DNA of 64,000 nt from Macrostomum lignano (taxonomy: Eukaryota), in assembly GCA_002269645.1 (NCBI GenBank), contig NIVC01000957.1, forward strand, positions 1-64,000, in the 5' to 3' direction. Position numbers and translations under genes: made by a program. The notes beneath the pieces are model-generated. The model had not been told where the DNA came from. It made no database searches and saw nothing but the letters and a program-made list of their open reading frames with translations. Shown here piece after piece: positions 43,005 to 54,819 of the stretch. How positions within the stretch are numbered: the first letter of the stretch is position 1; every line of letters begins with the position of its first letter.

Positions 43005-45180
43005 TCGCGTCTGTTGTGGCTCAAGGCAGCTCATAAGCTGACCTGCGATGGATAATCAATCCTCGCTTCTGTTGTGGCTCAAGGCAGCTCATAAGCTGAC
43101 CTGCGATGGATAATCAATCCTCGCTTCTGTTGGGACTCAAGGCAGCTAATAGCTGACCTGCGATGGATAATCAATCCTCGCTTCTGTTGTGGCTCAAGGC
43201 AGCTCATAAGCTGACCTGCGATGGATAATCAATCCTCGCTTCTGTTGGGACTCAAGGCAGCTAATAGCTGACCTGCGATGGATAATCAATCCTCGCTTCT
43301 GTTGGGACTCAAGGCAGCTCATAAGCTGACCTGCGATGGATAATCAATCCTCGCTTCTGTTGGGACTCAAGGCAGCTAATAGCTGACCTGCGATGGATAA
43401 TCAATCCTCGCTTCTGTTGTGGCTCAAGGCAGCTCATAAGCTGACCTGCGATGGATAATCAATCCTCGCTTCTGTTGGGACTCAAGGCAGCTAATAGCTG
43501 ACCTGCGATGGATAATCAATCCTCGCTTCTGTTGGGACTCAAGGCAGCTCATAAGCTGACCTGCGATGGATAATCAATCCTCGCGTCTGTTGTGTCTCAA
43601 GGCAGCTCATAAGCTGACCTGCGATGGATAATCAATCCTCGCTTCTGTTGGGACTCAAGGCAGCTCATAAGCTGACCTGCGATGGATAATCAATCCTCGC
43701 TTCTGTTGTGGCTCAAGGCAGCTCATAAGCTGACCTGCGATGGATAATCAATCCTCGCTTCTGTTGGGACTCAAGGCAGCTAATAGCTGACCTGCGATGG
43801 ATAATCAATCCTCGCTTCTGTTGGGACTCAAGGCAGCTCATAAGCTGACCTGCGATGGATAATCAATCCTCGCGTCTGTTGTGTCTCAAGGCAGCTCATA
43901 AGCTGACCTGCGATGGATAATCAATCCTCGCTTCTGTTGGGACTCAAGGCAGCTAATAGCTGACCTGCGATGGATAATCAATCCTCGCTTCTGTTGGGAC
44001 TCAAGGCAGCTCATAAGCTGACCTGCGATGGATAATCAATCCTCGCTTCTGTTGTGGCTCAAGGCAGCTAATAGCTGACCTGCGATGGATAATCAATCCT
44101 CGCTTCTGTTGGGACTCAAGGCAGCTCATAAGCTGACCTGCGATGGATAATCAATCCTCGCTTCTGTTGTGGCTCAAGGCAGCTCATAAGCTGACCTGCG
44201 ATGGATAATCAATCCTCGCTTCTGTTGGGACTCAAGGCAGCTAATAGCTGACCTGCGATGGATAATCAATCCTCGCTTCTGTTGGGACTCAAGGCAGCTC
44301 ATAAGCTGACCTGCGATGGATAATCAATCCTCGCTTCTGTTGTGGCTCAAGGCAGCTAATAGCTGACCTGCGATGGATAATCAATCCTCGCTTCTGTTGT
44401 GGCTCAAGGCAGCTAATAGCTGACCTGCGATGGATAATCAATCCTCGCTTCTGTTGGGACTCAAGGCAGCTCATAAGCTGACCTGCGATGGATAATCAAT
44501 CCTCGCTTCTGTTGTGGCTCAAGGCAGCTAATAAGCTGACCTGCGATGGATAATCAATCCTCGCGTCTGTTGTGTCTCAAGGCAGCTCATAAGCTGACCT
44601 GCGATGGATAATCAATCCTCGCTTCTGTTGGGACTCAAGGCAGCTCATAAGCTGACCTGCGATGGATAATCAATCCTCGCTTCTGTTGTGGCTCAAGGCA
44701 GCTCATAAGCTGACCTGCGATGGATAATCAATCCTCGCTTCTGTTGGGACTCAAGGCAGCTAATAGCTGACCTGCGATGGATAATCAATCCTCGCTTCTG
44801 TTGGGACTCAAGGCAGCTCATAAGCTGACCTGCGATGGATAATCAATCCTCGCTTCTGTTGTGGCTCAAGGCAGCTAATAGCTGACCTGCGATGGATAAT
44901 CAATCCTCGCTTCTGTTGTGGCTCAAAGCAGCTAATAGCTGACCTGCGATGGATAATCAATCCTCGCTTCTGTTGGGACTCAAGGCAGCTCATAAGCTGA
45001 CCTGCGATGGATAATCAATCCTCGCTTCTGTTGTGGCTCAAGGCAGCTAATAAGCTGACCTGCGATGGATAATCAATCCTCGCGTCTGTTGTGTCTCAAG
45101 GCAGCTCATAAGCTGACCTGCGATGGATAATCAATCCTCGCTTCTGTTGGGACTCAAGGCAGCTGCTAAGCTGACCTGCG
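43005..45180. repeat. 52/53-bp minisatellite, about 41 copies
   Basis: Unit tcaaggcagct(cata/aat)agctgacctgcgatggataatcaatcctcgcttctgttg(tgg/gga)c. Confidence 0.97.
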
Positions 45181-47084
45181 AGGGGTAAAGTGCCATATAT
45201 CAGCAAACGCTAGCGCTCGTAATGTGAGGCCGTGCCCACCCTCCCTGCAGGTGATAGCTTTGTTGGCTCTCCGACAAACTATTGCATTCTTATTGTGCTG
45301 GAGAGGTTTGACTCCCAATGGCATGTAGTCTGTCGCGGTTACTTAGTGTATCAGATTACCCTATTATCTGGTGCAGCTGGGTGTCTAGATGGAGCTGTGG
45401 CATGGTTCCAAAAGCTCCTACTGGCCCAGTTCTAAGGTAGCCTTTTTTTAAGACAGACGTTATTCTAGCTCTTGCTAGAGCATGCTCCATTGGGTTTTTT
45501 TAAAGCGTCTGCAGTGTTGGTGTATGGCCACCAGTGAGGGATAATTGAACCCCGCTTCAACCGATGAATCAAAGTTGAGCAGTTGACTGAAAATGCTGAC
45601 CTACGAGGGGTAATCAAACCTCGCGTCTGTTGTGGCTCAAGGCAGCTGCTAAGAGTAGTCACTTTTATTTGACTACGCGGGTCAATCTTTAATCCGAGGG
45701 GTAATAAAGCCTCGAAATTGCAAGGTGAATTGATCTGCTTTTCGGAGGCACTGTAGCGTCCGTAATGTGAGGCTGTGCCCATCCTCCGTACAGGTGACAA
45801 TTGAAAAATTGTTGCGCCCTGTTTGTGTGCGAGAGGTTTGACTACCACTGGCATGCAGTCTGTCACAGCTGCTTAGTGTGTCAACGGGCTGAATGATTCT
45901 ATCGTCTTATTTGACGCTTAGAAGCATGAGTCAGCCAACCATATTGTTTGGCACAGCTGGGTGTCTAGACGGAGACTGTGGCATGGTTCCAAATAGCTCT
46001 AACTGGCCCAGTATGCAAAGCAGCTTTCCTATTAAGATAGACGCTAATCCGATTTTTTTCGGTGCATGCTCCATTGGTTTGTCTAAGGCGTTTGCAGTTG
46101 CACCAGCCGTGAGCAGAACAAGTCAAGAGAGTAGTCGTTACAGACTACGAGTGTCGGTAATCTTGTCGAGATTTAATAAATCCTCGAACAAGTCAAGAGA
46201 GTAGTCGTTACAGACCATGAGTGTCGGCAATCTTGTCAGCCACTTTTTCCGGAGGGTGTCACTGCTTCGAACGACGCAGTTGATGACGCCGTTGGACGAT
46301 CGTCCATCGCACTAGCGACATCTGCAACGCCAAGTCGGTTGGATATTACCGTTGGCACACGGGATTGCGAAAACAATCAGGTAAGAGTTTCCAGCGTAGT
46401 CGGCATTTCGTGGACGCAACGAAGCCAGCGCCGCGCGAGCCGGCGCATCAGATGATACACCATTCACTTTGTCTCCGGTCTACGAGCAGCCGATCAACGA
46501 AAGCCAGTTGATTCCGGACGACGACTATGCTACGAATGACAATTCTATCGACGTATGTTCTATCACCTGTATGTACATTACTGTTTCTTTATAACTGTGT
46601 ATATTTTGGAGAAACTGCCTTCCATCGCCATTTAATTTAACTTTAATATTGCAGAGTCGTTCCATTGCGCCGGCATATAATGCAAGCCCCCGTCAGTGGT
46701 CTCATTAATCGCCTTCCACGCGCGCAACCCGATCTTTCAAACGTCTGGCTCACGCATCGACTGCCATCAGAGTCGCGTCCGAGTACAGCAGGTCCGACCT
46801 GCGACTCAGCACCAGCTCGCAGCAGATCACCAATTCAGTAGTATCAATTAGTATCCACAGTATAAGTAGGTCTACTTATAACTGGACTGTCGAAACTCAT
46901 ACGTATGCCACGCTGTTCTCCAGAAGTTTTCGTTCCTGTTGAGCTTGTTCCTGTTCCTTGTTTAGTTTGTATAAGGCGCTCACAAAGTACAACCCGCTGT
47001 TAAATATAGAGAGGCTACTCATAAAATCTTGAATCACCAACTTCTTATACGCATCTTTACTGCGAAATTTGATGTCAATGCCTT

Positions 47085-47955
47085 CCGGCTTCTTTCACAT
47101 GAATTACCCGACTGTTACCTGGTCAGCGAATCCTGTTTGCCAGACAGGATAACAAACAAGATAACAAACAGGATAACACGATGTTTCCCTGCAGGATTCG
47201 CACGAATTATCCGGCTGTTACCTGGTCAGCGAATCCTGTTTGCCAGACAGGATAACAAACAAGATAACAAACAGGATAACACGATGTTTCCCTGCAGGAT
47301 TCGCATGAATTACCCGACTGTTACCTGGTCAGCGAATCCTGTTTGTCAGACAGGATAACAAACAAGATAACAAACAGGATAACACGATGTTTCCCTGCAG
47401 GATTCGCACGAATTATCCGGCTGTTACCTGGTCAGCGAATCCTGTTTGCCAGACAGGATAACAAACAAGATAACAAACAGGATAACACGATGTTTCCCTG
47501 CAGGATTCGCATGAATTATCCGGCTGTTACCTGGTCAGCGAATCCTGTTTGCCAGACAGGATAACAAACAAGATAACAAACAGGATAACACGATGTTTCC
47601 CTGCAGGATTCGCATGAATTACCCGACTGTTATCTGGTCAGCGAATCCTGTTTGTCAGACAGGATAACAAACAAGATAACAAACAGGATAACACGATGTT
47701 TCCCTGCAGGATTCGCACGAATTATCCGGCTGTTACCTGGTCAGCGAATCCTGTTTGCCAGACAGGATAACAAACAAGATAACAAACAGGATAACACGAT
47801 GTTTCCCTGCAGGATTCGCATGAATTATCCGGCTGTTACCTGGTCAGCGAATCCTGTTTGCCAGACAGGATAACAAACAAGATAACAAACAGGATAACAC
47901 GATGTTTCCCTGCAGGATTCGCATGAATTACCCGACTGTTATCTGGTCAGCAAAT
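47085..47955. repeat. Right subterminal array, 103-bp unit, about 8.5 copies
   Basis: gaatta recurs at 47101, 47204, 47307 and onward. Confidence 0.95.
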
Positions 47956-48702
47956 CCTTTTTGAATCTTGTTTGAAACAAGGAAACGTAAGATTTCGTCA
48001 CGCAAACAAGATTCATACAAGATAACATTTTGCATAACCGGAATAGGGCATGTTATCTTGTTTGAGCGAATGTTATCTTGTGGTGTTATCTGGTTTATTT
48101 ACCAGAGGGATTCAAATCCGCTGTCTTTTCGAGTTTTAGTCAGTTGTTGTTTCCGAGTTCCAGGCCGGTGCTTTATGTATCCCCTTATATATTAAATCGC
48201 ATTTTGCTATCAAAATATTTATTTCGATTTCAACAATCTAAATATACTAAATCTCTAAGGTTTGTATGTCCATAACGCTCTACAGATTGCAATATTTTCT
48301 AAATTCAAAAAAAGTTGGTAAAATTTTCGCGTTGGAGTGAATATTGCATTTTTATTCCGCATTGACATAATTGTTCAATTTTTAGCATCCGTTAGGGTAA
48401 TGTGCGTTGATCATCATCCGATATTCTATTAAATTAGACTCGAACATTTTCGTTCCGCGTTATGTTCAAATTGCATTGGTGAAGTCCTAAATTGCTGTGG
48501 TTGAAGAATTTTGCCGCTATTTTTGAAGTTGGCTTTATTTAAATTTTGCTCATACGCGATTCGATCCTTTAGTGTCCGTCTTGTGAGCGTGCATTGAACG
48601 CAACTTGTATTGTGTCAAAGAAATATTTTCATAAAGTAGATTTTGTTCGAACCGTCAATTTTCAGCGCAATGGGGACATTGTTTTTTTCGCGAGGGGGGT
48701 AG

Positions 48703-49017
48703 TGTAGTACAACTTAATTTCGTAATTTAAATTGGTGCCAACTCGAGGCGTGTGTTAAGTAAAGCAAAGTAATCGCATCGCAATGTAATAATACTCGTAT
48801 ATGTTCGTTTCGTTCAATACTTTATATTCGTAACTTTATATCAGCTGAATTTCATCGCCTTAGCTCGATGGTGAGTCCAATAAATGCTGAATCATAGCTC
48901 GAACTGTTACTGGCTATGCTTTAGAGTGTGCCTAGTAAGCAGGCAGCTGTGCAAACTTGTGATTGGGCGGTAAAGGCTCAAAGTCAAATTTAGTGTCCTG
49001 CCTCCGTTCTTGCTACA
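48703..49017 (+). repeat. 3' LTR
   Basis: Preceded by the PPT; ends taca, followed by TSD aaat. Confidence 0.95.
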
Positions 49018-49212
49018 AAATGCCTATTTAAAAACTAAAAGTAAAACACCGAAATTAAACATTCTAGCTAATAAAACCTTAAAACAAATATAAATAAAAC
49101 TAAAAAACCTATCAACAATTGTTGGTGATGCCATCGATACAATATAAATATACCAAAAAACTGTACATGTAATATGTTCAATTAATGTAAATTTTAACAC
49201 AAAAATTACTTT

Positions 49213-49520
49213 AATGTACTTCGGCAGGAACCATTGTGAGTACGAAGCTGAAAACTGAGATCTGGAAGGAAACATTATCAATCTAGAAGCCTGCAAGACG
49301 CCAAGGCTCCATCTGTTCCCTACTCGAACTTACAGACTCCCAAGTCCCCCGCTGAGTACATTAATATGCAGAAAGTACTTTAGTGTACTTCGGCAGGAAC
49401 CATTGTGAGTACGAAGCTGAAAACTAAGATCTGGAAGGAAACATTATCAATCTAGAAGCCTTCAAGACGCCAAGGCTCCATCTGTTCGAACTTACAGACT
49501 CTTGAATGCCCCCGCTCAGT
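49213..49520. repeat. Imperfect tandem duplication of about 165 bp
   Basis: tacttcggcaggaaccattgtgagtacg...gaacttacagactc occurs twice. Confidence 0.9.
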
Positions 49521-50020
49521 TCATTATCCCCTCTCAGACGGCAGAGCGCTGTGTGTTGCTTCTGTTGCGGCACTGCCATTTGCGACTTCAATTGTTAATG
49601 CTTGAAATTACTTGTTGTACTAATAGATAATAGGTCTTTGTACGAAGTTGTCGCTTTTGTTTATTTTGTTTGATGTGCCTTTTGTCAGACGTTTTCGGTG
49701 TCTTTTATTGTAATACTTATATATTTCGTCTGATGCTGTCAATGTGCTCTGTGCCGTCTTCTGTCTGTTTTTATTCCCTCTTAGTCTCTGTTCGCCGCAT
49801 TAAAACCCGTCTGTAAGCCCCCAATTCTTATGTGGTTAGTCTCATGGTATCAAAGAGCTTTACTCTTAGATCTGCCCGATTGAATGGATCGTCCAATAAG
49901 GATGCTTCTGCTTAATTTCATGGACGACGATTCCCCATTGCTCACTCCATATATGCAGCTGCTTTCATTGTTGTCCAACTTAAATTCGCCATCATAGCTT
50001 TCTGTCTTGTCTTTCAAATC

Positions 50021-52720
50021 ATGAGTCTCTTCATTCGCATTTGCCTACTGGCTGCTCTTGTGTTGCTTTGTGACGGAACGCACAATCGGCGCATATCGTT
50101 TCTGGATTTGTCCAAAAATTTGTTTCAAGAGTACAGTGACGAAAGTCTTAGAAAGTCCTTTCCCATATGGTACTTGCGGGCAAATACTTGGAAAAATCTC
50201 AGCAAAAAATAGTTTAGAAAATCGTCGAATTGTATGGCTATTCTACCAAAGGAAGATCGTTGGAGGTAAGTCAACTATCCCGACTAAATCTAGTAACAAA
50301 TTTTCTATTCCAAATGATAGGAGGAAAGCTTCTTTTGTTGCTGGTAGGAGTGCTGCTGGTGCTGCTGGTGTTGCTGGGAGGAGTGCTGCCGCGGTGTTGC
50401 TGGTGTTGCTTTGAGGGGTGCTGCTGGTGTTGCTTTGAGGGGTGCTGCTGGTGTTGCTTTGAGGGGTGCTTCTGTTGTTGGGAGGAGTGCTGCTGGTGTT
50501 GCTGGTGTTGCTGGGAGGGGTGCTGCTTCTGTTGCTGGGAGGAGTGCTGCTGGTGTTGCTGCGAGGGGTGCTGCTTCTGTTGCTGGGAGGAGTGCTGCTG
50601 GTGTTGCTGCGAGGGGTGCTGCTTCTGTTGCTGGGAGGAGTGCTGCTGGTGTTGCTGGGAGGAGTGCTGCTGGTGTTGCTGGGAGGAGTGCTGCTGGTGT
50701 TGCTGGTGTTACTTTGAGGGGTGCTGCTGGTGTTGCTTTGAGGGGTGCTGCTTCTGTTGCTGGGAGGAGTGCTGCTTCTGTTGCTGCGAGGAGTGCTGCT
50801 TCTGTTGCTGGGAGGGGTGCTGCTTCTGTTGCTACGATTGCTGCTGGTGTTGCTGGGAGGAGTGCTGGTTCTGTTGCTGGGAGGAGTGCTGCTTCTGTTG
50901 CTGCGAGGAGTGCTGCTTCTGTTGCTGGGAGGGGTGCTGCTTCTGTTGCTACGAGTGCTGCTGGTGTTGCTGGGAGGAGTGCTGCTTCTGTTGCTGCGAG
51001 GAGTGCTGCTTCTGTTGCTGGGAGGAGTGCTGCTGCTGGTGCTGCTGGTGTTGTTGGTGTTGCCTGTGTTGCTGGGAGGAGTGCTGCCGGTGTTGCTGGT
51101 GCTGCTAGGAGGGCTGGTGCTGGGAGTGATGATGTTGGGAGTGATGATGCTGGGAGTGATGATGTTGGGAGTGATGATGCTGGGAGTGATGCTCGTCGGA
51201 GTGATGTTGCTGGGAGTGATGCTGTTGGGAGTGATGATGTTGTGAGTGATGATGTTGGGAGTGATGCTGGTCGGAGTGATGATGCGGAGAGCAGTGATGC
51301 TGTGAAGCAATTTCATTATTTGAATTTTATTATTAAGTTGTCTTTTGATAGGTGGCAAAAAATATGAAAATTAGGCAGAGTCAGAAGAATTATGCTGCAC
51401 TCACGCGGAGTGCAGCATCATGGTGGCTAGATACGTTGAGGGAAAACTATCGAAGCTATTGCTCTGCTAGTGAACAGGGAAGTAATTGTGTGTTGAAATT
51501 CAAAAATCGCTATGTGAACTTTCCGTGTTCCAAAAGGCAAAACCCAAAATACTTTTTAAAAAAAGTCGCTTTTTGTCAGCACGCTGGTTGCGAGATCGTT
51601 CACGATTTCAGAATTTCCAACGTACCCACCTCAAATCAGCCAGTGGAGGTAGTGGTACATAGCAGGGGCAGAAAATGTCACAAAAAGCAACGATTTCGAG
51701 AATGACCCCTGCGGAGGCGCAAAAGATAACGAAGCTGCTTGAAGCCGATGCACCAACAGAGGTTCACGATAGGCTTCTTTCCGAAATGTCTAAGAGAGAC
51801 AGAGACGAGTACAACTTCTCAAGAGCAAAGAATTTAGATGCCATTCGGCGCGTCAATGCAAAGCGTATTGTCTCTGCTGAAGATCGTCTCCACAATAATG
51901 TTGAAGTCGAACTCTCTGTGCAGCAGCAAATTTTGCACGATACAGATGTGAAGAGTAAGTACGTGCTAGGCTACATTCAAGCCACATCACGTCGCCCTTT
52001 TCACATTCATTTGTATCTGGAAAAGCAACTTGAATTAATAGTCAACAGGCCTCAGTGTGTATTGCATCTTGACGCGACTGGCGGCATGTTCAAAAAGATC
52101 CAGCGCCTAGGCAAAAAGATGATGCTGTACTCCCTAGTACTTCCCTCCGTCAACCAGGAAACACGCAGTGTACCAGTGGCTAAGATGGTTACAAGCGATC
52201 ATAAAACAAAATCAATTCAACATTTCCTATTCTCTGTGCGAGCTGATTTAGGAGCACTCGCTTCCGGCACACTGATGTCATACGAGTTTATGCCAGCTGT
52301 AATTGTCACCGACTTTTCATGGGCGATGTTGCATTCAGTTTGTCGGTCATTTGGAAACAGCTTAGAGGAATACCTGGTCGATTCATTCGAGGCAGTTCAC
52401 AGTGGGAGGTCCATATCGTAAACGATTCCGTTTATTTGCACTAATCATGCAATTCATGCATTTGCCAGAGGCATCAAAGCAAAAGGAACTGTCGACAAAG
52501 CCGTTCGAGAACTTTTTATAAATTCATTCGTTCTGCTTATTCACCAGGAAACCTTTGAGGCGTTCGAGTTCACATTGAATATCGTAACAGAAACATTCCT
52601 AGGGCAGCGCCATCCTCGGGACTTAATAAATCAAATCAATCAATGGGAAACGACTCACACCACCACCGATGAAAACATTTTGCTAGACATGTGTGGCAGT
52701 GGGGTTGCCACGGACAGTTT
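50021..52720 (+). pseudogene. Decayed MULE/Mutator-type DDE transposase with an intron (50266-51351)
   Basis: Motifs GYIQ...PFHIHLY, LHLDATGG, IVTDFSWA and CxxH (ICTNH); frameshift near 51690, in-frame TAA at 52419-52421, stop at 50215; truncated before the third acidic residue. Confidence 0.75.
50330..51300. repeat. Complex (TGC/TGG/TGA) simple-repeat array inside the transposase intron
   Basis: ggaggagtgctgct(gg/tc)tgttgct units grading into gggagtgatgatg units. Confidence 0.9.
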
Positions 52721-53788
52721 TCATTTATTTTAATAATTTTAAAGTATTTTTATGTATCAATTGAATCTCCGCACTTTTTATGATGTATCCGGCGTTCTTG
52801 AATATTATTGTGTTATTATTTACTCAGTATTTATTCAGTAGTAAGTTTCCATTTCCGCGATACCTACTGTACGTACTTAATTACTTTACTACTATTGTTT
52901 TCCTGTATGTTAATTCCTATCGTATTTGAAACGCGAATGCGCTGTGTTTGGTGTTAGGGTTTTCTAGGCGCTGTAGTAGTTGTAGAGTAGCGTAGTTTCC
53001 AGAATTCAAGTCCATCCAGTTTAAATAATAAATCTAATTACTTTTATTGCAAATATATTATACAAATAAATATGAATTAAATTAAGGCGCATTGCACCCA
53101 CCAAGAAAGGACGCATTCATTCATCCGTCTGTCATCACAACGAATATTCTTTTTGAATTGTTTGACTTCAAGAAGTTTATTTTACATAATTAAGTTTTTT
53201 CTAATTTTCAAATGCGTGCCAATTTTCCGTGAACGCCAACCCATGCGACCAACTGAGGTTTGCCAATGACCTCACCTCCCCTTGCTCGTCCCGAGTTTGG
53301 ACCACTGGCTGATGTTTAGTTTCCCAATTTCTGGCCCAACGTTAAATCACCAGTTATTTTAACCGTTTTATGCATAATTTCTTGTTAGTTTCATTATAAA
53401 CCATTGCGTGGCCCCAGTATTAGCGAGCTTAGACCCCAAGCCCTGAAATTATTAAATATGTCTACTATAAATAACTTTGCTCTGCTCAATTTTCTGCATA
53501 CCTCTCCCCCTTTTCCGTTATTGCCGTTTCGTACTGAGTTCGAGTTTTTTTTTAACAGTTTAGTTCTGTTCTGATTGCCTACCCAGTTTGTTTAGCGTAT
53601 CGGCTTTTTCCTTTAATAGTTTTTATTTAGCGCACCGGCGCCCGCGACATTATTTCGTCTGCTAACAATTAACTTCAATTTATTAATAATCTTTGCCAGC
53701 TAGAAAACCTGCTTTAATAAATAAACACCTGACAAATTTAATCATTAATACTTATTCGTTGGCGTCAGCCATAGCCTATCTTGAATCA

Positions 53789-54213
53789 TTTGCCCGTGGG
53801 GCGTAAAATAACCTAGTCTCAACTCAAAGAAAGCTCTGAGGCTCTTCTCGTTCCGTAATACGAAAATTACGGTGGTGGCAGCAACTACCCTACTGAAAGT
53901 AATAAGCTCAACAAATCAACGCATTAATTTTTACGGCGCCAAAATCTCCGGTGTCTACTATTTGAACGACAGTGCCGCTAACGACCGCTCCGCTACGATT
54001 ACGACTACCCTCCCCTCCGGACTTGAGAACCCGGCAGCCGGAGTAAAACAGGAGAAAGGTTTCGTTGTGATTCGTCTGCACGATTTTCCGGATTTATTCG
54101 TGCGAACTTGACGCCGGCGGCAATTCAAACGTGGAATCCGCCCCACCTCAACTGGTGTCAGCAACTAATTTCAAACAACCAATTTCCAAGAAAACTTTCT
54201 CCGCCCCACCTCA
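53789..54213 (+). repeat. Copy 1 of a dispersed ~430-bp structured repeat family
   Basis: Homologous to 59116-59535, 60154-60560 and (inverted) 58113-58345. Confidence 0.8.
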
Positions 54214-54369
54214 CATTTATACGGGTATTTTATCATTTTAACAAACTATTTTACAATATACACCTAAAATAAGAAAGCTTAACTAAAAGCAGTGGAACTG
54301 AAACTGTTAAAAATTTGATAAAAATAAAAATATCGGCGAATAGTTATTCTCATACAAAATTTTTCGGAT

Positions 54370-54551
54370 GCAAGAGATGTGTGTTTTGTAGAAAGTGTGT
54401 GAGCACTCGACAGCAAGCTTTGCAATGTGATGATTGCAGTCAATGGCAGCACCGAATATGTGGTTCAGGCATAAGCCAAAAGGAGTATCGTCAGATTCTA
54501 GAAGACGACGCTGTATTTAACTGGATTTGCTCCCGCTGTAAATGGGAAAAG
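54370..54551 (+). CDS. Orphan PHD-finger exon, transposon-type
   Basis: CVFC...ALQCDDCSQWQHRICGSGIS..Y...WICSRC (C4HC3 spacing); ends at an AAG|gtaag donor. Confidence 0.7.
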
Positions 54552-54819
54552 GTAAGCAAAGTAAAATTGATCACATTATCATCCACACTCCACACATCAT
54601 CCACACATATCATCCACACATTGATCACACTTAAACCCACTTAATTCCTTTCACCCAGCCACATAATTTACCCACTTAATTCACTTTCACCCAGCCACTC
54701 AGCCACTTAATTCACTTTCTTTCACCCAGACGAGTCCACATTAACTTACCCAGATAAATTTATGATCCATCTGGGCATCGCATAGTCTATTCTACTTCTA
54801 CAGGCTGGGTTCCCACTCA

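Larger units (their letters stand above)
41802..48109. mobile_element. Non-autonomous TIR DNA transposon (CMC/EnSpm-like or foldback) inserted in the Gypsy 3' UTR
   Basis: 37-bp TIR ccctctggtaaataaaccagataacaccacaagataa at both ends; flanked by AT/AT (possible 2-bp TSD); subterminal arrays of 114 bp (left) and 103 bp (right) share inverted motifs. Confidence 0.85.
36073..49017 (+). mobile_element. Ty3/Gypsy LTR retrotransposon, full length, with a 6.3-kb nested insertion
   Basis: LTRs 36073-36389 and 48703-49017 (TG...CA), identical by eye apart from the first ~11 nt; 4-bp TSD aaat; PBS tggcgaccacgccaggac at 36392 (complementary to a tRNA-Arg-like 3' end); PPT gaggggggtag before the 3' LTR. 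Confidence 0.95.

Noticed and set aside
43005-45180. Regular 52/53-bp array as a possible CRISPR
   Set aside because: Units are contiguous near-identical monomers with no unique spacers; eukaryotic context; no cas genes.
50230-51367. Cys/Trp-rich, poly-Leu, Ala/Gly and mucin-like ORFs as real genes
   Set aside because: All frames are open because of the simple repeat, and the array lies within a GT-AG intron; kept only as a low-interest note.
52695-52715. GGGGTTGCCAC as a hAT-like terminus truncating the MULE
   Set aside because: No matching inverted end or TSD found in the window.
53820-53845. GAAAGCTCTGAG resembling RNase P conserved region CR-I
   Set aside because: Not conserved in copy 4, no CR-V partner found, and four degenerate dispersed copies fit a TE-like repeat better.
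53980-54060. Canonical hammerhead or twister ribozyme call for the structured repeat
   Set aside because: No CUGANGA core; the twister-like L4/GAGGG lacks a consistent P2 and UAA cleavage loop, so it is reported only as a hypothesis.
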